Source: an uncultured Chitinophagaceae bacterium
Lineage (GTDB): Bacteria > Bacteroidota > Ignavibacteria > Kapaibacteriales > UBA961
DNA: 64,000 nucleotides
Assembly (NCBI GenBank): GCA_964527785.1
Contig: CAZGNO010000004.1
Coordinates: 14,364 to 78,363, forward strand
Reading direction: 5' to 3'
In this document: piece by piece, positions 58,806 to 64,000 of the stretch
How the letters are laid out: each line of letters starts with the position of its first letter
Numbering within the stretch: position 1 is the stretch's first letter
Program-made: the position numbers and the translations under genes
Notes under the pieces: generated by a model
Databases searched by the model: none
Told to the model about the DNA's origin: nothing
Seen by the model: only the letters and a program-made list of their open reading frames with translations

Positions 58806-60629
58806 ATGACCAAACTCCCTTTTAATGAACGTCTCGGAAAATCCCCGCTTGTAACTGACGGCTCTATTGCCATCGAACTCCAAAAACGCGGCTGCAATGA
58901 ACTCCCGACAGATCTTTATAATCTCAAAAATCCCGTTGTTCTCGAAAATATTTACCGCGAATTTCTCAACGCCGGGGCTGAACTCCTCAAAACAAATACC
59001 CAACACGCAAACCGCCTCGCGCTAGAAAAATTCGGACTCTCCGATAAAGTATATGAGATAAACCGAAAAGGAGTATGGATTGCTCGAACGGTATCCCTTC
59101 ACAAAGGATATGTAGCAGGAGTTGTAGGACCCACAGGGCGATTCTTCAAGCCAATAGGCACACTCACCGACAGTGAAGCAAAAGAGGTCTTTATCGAGCA
59201 AATAATCGCATTGCTCGATGGCGGGGCAGAAGTCTTGATGCTCAAGTCGTTTGTAGATATACATGAACTTGAAATTGCAATCGAAGCGGCTCAATTTGTT
59301 ACGAGCGACATTCCTATTATTGCGCTAAAGGCATTTCCAGAAGACGGAAGTGTACTCGCCACCTCGTTTCCAGCCGATATTGCCCGAGCCCTTGAAAGCC
59401 ATAACCTTGCGGCATTTGGTGCAAGCTCTACCGTCGGACCGAACAGGATGCTTGATATTATCAAATCCATAAACGGTACAAATGTTCCGCTCTGTTCACT
59501 TCCCGATATTGCAATCCCAACACTTGTGGACGGCAGAGCCAATTACAATGCCGAGCCGGATTACGTAGCAAGAGTAGCTCTCAAACTTGTTCAGGCAGGA
59601 GTATCAATTATCGGTGCTGATGGCGGAGCAAGCGTCGAACACATCAAAGAAATTGCCTCAATTGTCAAGAACGTAATAATCAGTGAAGCAAAAATTCCAC
59701 CCAAAGCGCCTAAGATTGTCCCTTCGTTCGAGAATCAACCTGATGAGCGCTCTGAATTTGAGCGGAACATCGGCTCTAAATTCATGGCAACGGTCGAGGT
59801 GGAAATACCGCGCGGATTGGATATGCAACCCGTTATAACGACAGCCCAATTCCTAAAAGATAATGGAATAGATGCTGTAAATGTTTTCGATGGTGCGCGG
59901 GCAAGAGTGAGGATTTCACCTATTGCAATTTCGCATCTGATTCAGTCGCAAGTGGGAATTGAATGTATCACTCATTTGGCTTGTCGCGACAGGAATATGG
60001 TTGGGCTTCAATCGGATTTAATCGGCGGCTATGCCCTCGGTTTGCGCAATATTCTCGCCATTACGGGAGACCCGACAAGTATCGGCGATTATCCGAATGC
60101 TACAAGTGTATATGACGTTGATTCGATTGGTCTGGTGCGAACCATTAACCGAATGAACAGCGGTAATGACTTGATGGGTAATACGTTAGGCAAGCCCACA
60201 CAATTCTCGATAAGCTGCGCTTGTAATCCTGGTACAGATGATTTGGAACGCGAAGTTCGCCGTCTTGAATTAAAAGCTGAAGAAGGTGCAAAAATTGTAT
60301 TCTCGCAACCGATTTTTGAACTAAAGACACTCGAAACCTTTCTTAATAAGACACAGCATCTCAAATTGCACTTTATGCTGGGTATTATTCCTCTGCGAAC
60401 TGCGCGTCATGCCGAGTTTCTTCATTATGAAGTGCCGGGTATGGTAGTCCCGGCATGGGTACGCGCCCGTATGAATGCTTCATCCGGAAATGTAGAAAAA
60501 TCAATGCACGAAGGTATGACAATTGCAGTAGAATTTCTGCGCGAAGCTAAACACTTGGTGAGCGGTGTCTATATCATGCCACCGGCAAAAAAATATCAAA
60601 TGGCTATCGAAATGCTTGGGTTACTATAA
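58806..60629 (+). CDS. YitJ-like fusion of a homocysteine S-methyltransferase-like domain and methylenetetrahydrofolate reductase (MetF). The homocysteine domain appears degenerate.
   Basis: The N-terminal ~300 aa align to the Pfam S-methyl_trans (MetH/BHMT homocysteine-binding) fold. The positions of all three zinc-ligand cysteines are substituted: ..FGASSTVGP where MetH has ..GLNCALGP, and ..IIGADGGASVEHI where MetH has ..IVGGCCGTTPQHI. The C-terminal ~300 aa form a canonical MTHFR TIM barrel. Confidence 0.75.
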   Translation: MTKLPFNERLGKSPLVTDGSIAIELQKRGCNELPTDLYNLKNPVVLENIYREFLNAGAELLKTNTQHANRLALEKFGLSDKVYEINRKGVWIARTVSLHKGYVAGVVGPTGRFFKPIGTLTDSEAKEVFIEQIIALLDGGAEVLMLKSFVDIHELEIAIEAAQFVTSDIPIIALKAFPEDGSVLATSFPADIARALESHNLAAFGASSTVGPNRMLDIIKSINGTNVPLCSLPDIAIPTLVDGRANYNAEPDYVARVALKLVQAGVSIIGADGGASVEHIKEIASIVKNVIISEAKIPPKAPKIVPSFENQPDERSEFERNIGSKFMATVEVEIPRGLDMQPVITTAQFLKDNGIDAVNVFDGARARVRISPIAISHLIQSQVGIECITHLACRDRNMVGLQSDLIGGYALGLRNILAITGDPTSIGDYPNATSVYDVDSIGLVRTINRMNSGNDLMGNTLGKPTQFSISCACNPGTDDLEREVRRLELKAEEGAKIVFSQPIFELKTLETFLNKTQHLKLHFMLGIIPLRTARHAEFLHYEVPGMVVPAWVRARMNASSGNVEKSMHEGMTIAVEFLREAKHLVSGVYIMPPAKKYQMAIEMLGLL

Positions 60630-60699
60630 GTAATGGTATGGTCATTGTACGATGACCAACACTCGGTTCTTTTTCTGTCGTTCTTTTTCTGCCGTTTCC

Positions 60700-61632
60700 A
60701 TGCTTAAATCCTTCAAAGCTGAACTTTTATTAGTATTTATCACCCTTATATGGGGTGCGACGTTTGTTATCATCAAGAACGCATTAGTAGATGTGCCTCC
60801 TTTCCTCTATTCGGGTTTGAGGTTCGCCTTGGCAAGCATTATTGCTCTTGCTCTGTGGTGGAAATATATTCGCGGTATTACAAAAACCGAGTTTTGGCAG
60901 GGAATACTTTTGGGTGTTTTTTTCAGCGTAGGATTTCTGCTACAAACGTGGGGATTGAATTACACCACTGTATCCAAGTCGGCGTTTATAACCGGTGCAA
61001 TGGTGATTTTTGCACCAATTACCTATTGGATTGTAGAACGCAGAGCAATCTCACTTTTCCAAAAAATCGGAGTTGTGGTTGTAATAACAGGATTATGGAT
61101 ATTTGCCAAACCTGATTTTGCAAATCTAAACATGGGTGATATTGCCACTCTTGCCTGTTCGGCTTGTTGGGGAATTTATATTACCTATACTGATGTTTTT
61201 ACAAGAAATTCCACTACCATTGGCATTTTATCGGTACGGCTTGCTATTGTACAGTTTGTTATGACCACTTTTGTAGCAATGGGTGCATATTTTTGCTTTG
61301 AAGGAAGTCCGTCACGTTTTGTGGGTGATGTTGCCCGTGCATTGCCATCTACGCCGTTCATTATTGCCGTTCTCTATACTGCAATACTCGGTTCAGTAGT
61401 GGCTACATATATTCAAACCCGCTTTCAACGTGAGACGACACCTGTCAAGACTGCACTTATTTTTTCGATAGAGCCGATTCTTGCATCGGCAATGGCAGTA
61501 GTGTTTCTTCATGAGTCATTTAGATTTTCTGAGGTATGTGGCGGGGCGTTGGTTATTGGAGGGGTTCTTGTAGCCGAAATAGGCGATGCAATATGGAAAA
61601 AAGGACCATCCTCACAGAATAACCATTTCTAA
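60700..61632 (+). CDS. DMT-superfamily (EamA-like) transporter
   Basis: Ten transmembrane segments in two EamA repeats. The likely start is ATG 60700 (MLKSFKAELL). Confidence 0.75.
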   Translation: MLKSFKAELLLVFITLIWGATFVIIKNALVDVPPFLYSGLRFALASIIALALWWKYIRGITKTEFWQGILLGVFFSVGFLLQTWGLNYTTVSKSAFITGAMVIFAPITYWIVERRAISLFQKIGVVVVITGLWIFAKPDFANLNMGDIATLACSACWGIYITYTDVFTRNSTTIGILSVRLAIVQFVMTTFVAMGAYFCFEGSPSRFVGDVARALPSTPFIIAVLYTAILGSVVATYIQTRFQRETTPVKTALIFSIEPILASAMAVVFLHESFRFSEVCGGALVIGGVLVAEIGDAIWKKGPSSQNNHF

Positions 61633-61671
61633 ACAACCTCTACTAAACAATATCTATTCAACCCTATTCAT

Positions 61672-62562
61672 ATGAATACAAAAGGAATCATACTAGCCGG
61701 CGGAAGCGGTTCACGACTATACCCTACAACTGCAGTTTTCAGCAAACAGCTTCAACCAATCTACGACAAACCGCTCATCTATTACCCCCTTGCAACGCTT
61801 ATGCTTGCCGGAATCCGAGAAGTCTTGATAATTTCAACACCTCAAGACACCCCCCATTTCAAGCAACTGCTTGGTGATGGCTCGCAGTGGGGAATTCATT
61901 TGGAATACAAAGTTCAAACTGCTCCTAAGGGTATTGCAGAGGCGTTTATATATGGACAGGAATTTATCGGGAATGACCAAGTGTGTTTGATTCTCGGCGA
62001 TAATGTCTTCTATGGAAAGTTGGACTTCGTTCGTGAGGCAATTGATACCAATCAAGGAGGTACAATCTTTGGTTATCGTGTTCAGGATCCGGAACGGTAT
62101 GGTGTTGTTGAGTTTGGTGAAGGAGGCAGAGTTGCCGGTATTGAAGAAAAGCCCCTGAAGCCAAAATCCAATTATGCAATTCCGGGGCTGTATATTTTTA
62201 CAAGCGACGTTTGTGATATTGCAAAAGATGTGAAGCCGAGCTTACGTGGCGAAGTGGAGATTACCGAAATACATTTGGAATATTTACGCCAACATCGCCT
62301 GAGAGTACAATTGATGGGACGCGGCATTGCATGGCTTGATACGGGAACTCCCGAAAGTATGCTTGAAGCAAGTACATTTATTCATGCAATCGAGAAAAGG
62401 CAAGGAAGGAAAATTGCCTGTTTGGAAGAAATCGCTTTACAGATGAAGTTCGTTGACTATGAAACATTCCTCAAAACCGTTCATTCTCTCCCTAAATGTT
62501 CCTATCGCGACTATTGTGCAATGATTGCCGATGAAATGAAACATGGAATTGAAATGCAATGA
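61672..62562 (+). CDS. rfbA: Glucose-1-phosphate thymidylyltransferase
   Basis: MNTKGIILAGGSGSRLYP.T...KQL.PIYDKP.IYYPL..LMLAGIREVLIISTP is the canonical RmlA N-terminus, 296 aa. Confidence 0.92.
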   Translation: MNTKGIILAGGSGSRLYPTTAVFSKQLQPIYDKPLIYYPLATLMLAGIREVLIISTPQDTPHFKQLLGDGSQWGIHLEYKVQTAPKGIAEAFIYGQEFIGNDQVCLILGDNVFYGKLDFVREAIDTNQGGTIFGYRVQDPERYGVVEFGEGGRVAGIEEKPLKPKSNYAIPGLYIFTSDVCDIAKDVKPSLRGEVEITEIHLEYLRQHRLRVQLMGRGIAWLDTGTPESMLEASTFIHAIEKRQGRKIACLEEIALQMKFVDYETFLKTVHSLPKCSYRDYCAMIADEMKHGIEMQ

Positions 62563-62620
62563 TATTTCCTACAGAGTGAGTGAAACGCAATCCGTATGCA
62601 ATATCAAAAATATGCACCAG

Positions 62621-63292
62621 TCACCACAACAACACAACTTCGCCCTGAAAGTTAAACGTGGTGAAGCTCTTACTTGCAGAAGGGACAGTCGCTTGAACTG
62701 CCATTGTAAGTTTTGAATTTTTACCGTCATTTATTTTCTCTATCGTCGAGAACGAGACCAGTACCTTCCCAAAATATGTTTTTTGCGGTTCGATTGCTCC
62801 AAGTGTAATAATAAGAGACCCTGTGCCTACATTCGGAGCAAACAGAAGCGGATATGTCCCTTTAGTCGGCATTGTGTTCAGCCGAATGCGCATAGAGGTT
62901 ACAACTTCCTGGCGCGGACGTTGGCGAGTCGGATTCTTCGGATCGCTTTCCAGCGCAATATCCAACCAGAGCGTATCCGTAGATGCAGAGGTATCAATTA
63001 TTGCCGTGATAGAGCCGGGTAAATATAGCCATTCATCGTTATAAGAGTCAATTTTATTTGGATTTGTTGCATCTTGAATCAGCCCTACTTCATAAAATTT
63101 ATACGTAGCATTAACCACAAAAGGTTCAGCTTTTTTCACAGAATCTATTGTTGTTACTTTTCTAACCGTATCAATATCAATTGCAGAAGTACACCCTGCG
63201 CTTACTATCAGCACTAAACAGACAATAACAGTTATACCTGACTGTATGTATTTCTTAAGGGAATATTTCTTAAAAATGGAATGATATTCCAT
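62621..63292 (-). CDS. Hypothetical lipoprotein
   Basis: Lipobox IVSAGC|TSA. Beta-rich. It overlaps the upstream gene by 23 bp, so the two are probably co-transcribed. Confidence 0.45.
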   Translation of the reverse strand: MEYHSIFKKYSLKKYIQSGITVIVCLVLIVSAGCTSAIDIDTVRKVTTIDSVKKAEPFVVNATYKFYEVGLIQDATNPNKIDSYNDEWLYLPGSITAIIDTSASTDTLWLDIALESDPKNPTRQRPRQEVVTSMRIRLNTMPTKGTYPLLFAPNVGTGSLIITLGAIEPQKTYFGKVLVSFSTIEKINDGKNSKLTMAVQATVPSASKSFTTFNFQGEVVLLW

Positions 63293-64000
63293 AGCTTAAC
63301 CCATATTTCGAAGTAGTGTATGAAGTGTTTTGATATGAGTACCGCATCATATTTGCCTCTCCGCTGATCAAAAAGCTGAGGAATGTTTCAGGAAAATACT
63401 GAACCCCGACAAGCCCTCGTCCGAATGCTCCTACCTCAGTTCCACCTATCCCTGCTTGAAAAACCGGTTGGAATTTACCCCATTGAAAGGGTGTATACCT
63501 GAGGGTAATTGCAGCTGACGGCAAAGTAGGGTTTTGCTCATAAAGCAAAGTCCGTCCGGCTTTATCTTTACCGGTAAAACGCTGTAACGATTGTTCGGCT
63601 GCAACTTCAACCCCTGCCGAAAATTCTGAATTAATAGAATACAATGCAGTTACAGCCAAATTATTCAATATCGGTGTTGGGCTTATAAACGTTGGATTTA
63701 CAGATGAACGTGTATCAATCCTTCGAAGTTCAAATGTCCAGCGAGGGAAGTTGCTTGAAGGTGTCATATCTATCGGTGCCGGTAATTGATCTGCATCATA
63801 ATCAACATGTTTCCAGTCGGAATTTTTACTAGGTATGTTCTGCGACATCGCAAGTGTTCTATAATCTGTAGTCATAATCGGCTGTGCTGCTGCACTTGTT
63901 GTTTCAGCTAAACTTTCAGATTCACTCATAGGAATTTCCGTAGGAATTGCTGCAGTAGATGGTGCTTCCACAGGAACATTTATATAGACATATTTAATGA
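63270..64000 (-). CDS. Hypothetical protein with a Ser/Thr/Pro-rich N-terminal region and a beta-barrel-like C-terminus. The frame is open to the window end, so the gene is 5'-partial.
   Basis: The reading frame continues upstream of the listed GTG with no stop before position 64000. The C-terminal ~120 aa are rich in G, Y and F and end ..YGISFHF. Confidence 0.45.
   Translation of the reverse strand, partial: IKYVYINVPVEAPSTAAIPTEIPMSESESLAETTSAAAQPIMTTDYRTLAMSQNIPSKNSDWKHVDYDADQLPAPIDMTPSSNFPRWTFELRRIDTRSSVNPTFISPTPILNNLAVTALYSINSEFSAGVEVAAEQSLQRFTGKDKAGRTLLYEQNPTLPSAAITLRYTPFQWGKFQPVFQAGIGGTEVGAFGRGLVGVQYFPETFLSFLISGEANMMRYSYQNTSYTTSKYGLSYGISFHF

Noticed and set aside
1-64000. tRNA or rRNA genes
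   Set aside because: No tRNA- or rRNA-like sequence was recognised on manual reading of the intergenic gaps. This is not an exhaustive computational search.

Overview
The window is a chromosomal segment of about 40% GC. Signature families (T9SS C-terminal sorting domain, GWxTD protein, DUF5686-like and TSP3-OmpA outer-membrane proteins, YeiH) point to an FCB-group bacterium, Bacteroidota- or Ignavibacteriota-like. Most of it is housekeeping: typA, ruvA, feoAB, purH, lpdA, fbp, pyrE, recA-recX, def, coaD, rfbA and a yitJ-like fusion, interleaved with envelope genes (two GT4 glycosyltransferases, DegT aminotransferase, several beta-barrel OMPs and lipoproteins). No rRNA, tRNA or CRISPR array was recognised.

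The features worth a second look are:
- A cobalamin riboswitch (40525-40697, + strand) sits upstream of a T9SS-secreted YVTN-type beta-propeller protein, with no transporter gene nearby.
- An IS200-like HUH/Y1 transposase gene is flanked on both sides by the same perfect 30-bp palindrome, a REPtron-like unit.
- A putative sulfur/redox locus reads: cytochrome c, porin-like OMP, YeiH, two tandem TsdA-like dihaem cytochrome lipoproteins, an RND pump and TolC, with no membrane-fusion protein gene.
- Two long nested inverted-repeat elements lie in the recA-recX spacer and in the TM2-lipoprotein spacer.
- Two tandem paralogous OmpA/TSP3-repeat genes occupy about 4.9 kb.
- Several genes carry clear lesions: a KilA-N gene with a 14-bp tandem duplication plus an amber codon, a frameshifted hicA next to hicB, and a yitJ-like fusion whose homocysteine-binding domain has lost all three zinc-ligand cysteines.
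- Other items are a PIN-toxin pair in an AT-rich islet, a LexA-like S24 repressor with a perfect palindromic operator candidate, and two small lysine-rich repetitive secreted proteins.
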